From Candidatus Fermentibacteraceae bacterium (GTDB lineage Bacteria; Fermentibacterota; Fermentibacteria; Fermentibacterales; JCC-6): a DNA stretch of 55,186 nucleotides. The stretch spans positions 1-55,186 of the forward strand of contig JAUVIS010000001.1 in assembly GCA_030592635.1 (NCBI GenBank), read 5' to 3'. Made by a program: the position numbers and the translations under genes. Below are positions 54,682 to 55,186 of this stretch, piece after piece (the stretch's first letter is position 1; the number at the start of each line of letters is the position of its first letter). The notes under the pieces are model-generated. The model searched no databases and was not told the DNA's origin. It saw only the letters and a program-made list of their open reading frames with translations.

Positions 54682-55186
54682 ATGGACTTCTTTCAGAACA
54701 TAGTAGACTACGCTCCGGGCACAATACCCGTCGGCAGGATCGGCATTTTTGCAGCAGGCATACTTCTCTCGCTGGCACTCAGGAAAATTGTGAGTTCTTC
54801 GTTGAAGAAACCCAGGAAGAAAGTGGAAAACTTCTTCACCATACTGCTTGACGGTCTGGCCGGATCAATGGCATTTCTTGTCGTTTTCACCGGTTTTTAC
54901 TTTTCCCTGCTGTTTCTCAATGTTCACGGCACTGTAAACCTTGTCGCGCTGAACATCATTCAGGTTCTTCTCACATTCACTGTCATCAGAATTCTGTTTG
55001 TAGTCATAGACGATGTCGCGCTGCAGATGGGTTCTCTGGCTGATGAAACAGAATCACAGCTTGACGATCAGCTTATTCCGGTTCTCAGAAAACTTGCCAA
55101 GGTGGCAGTCGCAGCAATTGGTATCGTATTTTTCATGCAGCTCAAGAGTTATCCGGTTTCCGGTATCATCGCCGGTCTGGGTATCG
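54682..55186 (+). CDS. Mechanosensitive ion channel (MscS family), N-terminal part, runs off the right window edge
   Basis: Not in the ORF track because no stop occurs before the window end. I read the frame from the ATG at 54682 (AAAGGAAA upstream) and found it open to 55186. It contains TM helices and the MscS TM3 pattern ...AIGIVFFMQLKSYPVSGIIAGLGI. Confidence 0.75.
   Translation, partial: MDFFQNIVDYAPGTIPVGRIGIFAAGILLSLALRKIVSSSLKKPRKKVENFFTILLDGLAGSMAFLVVFTGFYFSLLFLNVHGTVNLVALNIIQVLLTFTVIRILFVVIDDVALQMGSLADETESQLDDQLIPVLRKLAKVAVAAIGIVFFMQLKSYPVSGIIAGLGI

Noticed and set aside
1-55186. Search by eye for tRNA, rRNA, CRISPR arrays, IS elements or transposases and toxin-antitoxin pairs
   Set aside because: The intergenic gaps are too short (mostly under 110 nt) and showed no cloverleaf-like or repeat-spacer structure. 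No ORF showed DDE or serine-recombinase transposase motifs. A covariance-model scan (tRNAscan-SE, Infernal) would be needed to exclude small ncRNAs formally.

Overview
This is a tightly packed bacterial chromosomal segment. Many neighbouring genes overlap by 1-8 nt (ATGA or TAATG junctions), and most of it is housekeeping: uvrB, an archaeal-architecture pheS/pheT pair, xerD-like recombinase, hsp20-lon, recG, panE, secA, PBP1A, a GspE/PilB-type ATPase, thymidine phosphorylase, pyrF/pyrD/pyrK/pyrC, class II aldolase, trkH/trkA, lepB and a partial MscS channel. These are interspersed with TPR, LysM, PEGA/TonB-C and lipoprotein genes. One cargo protein carries a T9SS-type C-terminal sorting domain, which suggests (inference only) an FCB-superphylum-like or related uncultivated lineage. 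I saw no rRNA, tRNA, CRISPR array or transposase. The standout accessory locus is a compact plus-strand operon at about 28.04-32.06 kb. It encodes a PqqD-like peptide-binding protein, two radical SAM/SPASM enzymes, an HPr-kinase-like P-loop protein and a membrane-anchor-less S26-type Ser/His peptidase. These are followed by two tandemly duplicated ~85-aa Cys/Gly-rich small genes with three Cys at an exact 13-residue period, which I read as precursor peptides of an uncharacterised RiPP. Relics of both flanking genes lie between the two copies and record the duplication. Secondary points of interest are a secreted caspase-like protease with three PPC-like modules, an EF-hand loop and a zinc ribbon; a conserved UvrB N-terminus lying upstream of any canonical start codon; an RBS-sequestering 14-bp inverted repeat; and a 100-nt identical paralog fragment at the left window edge. 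All family assignments come from motif recognition by eye. No database search was run.
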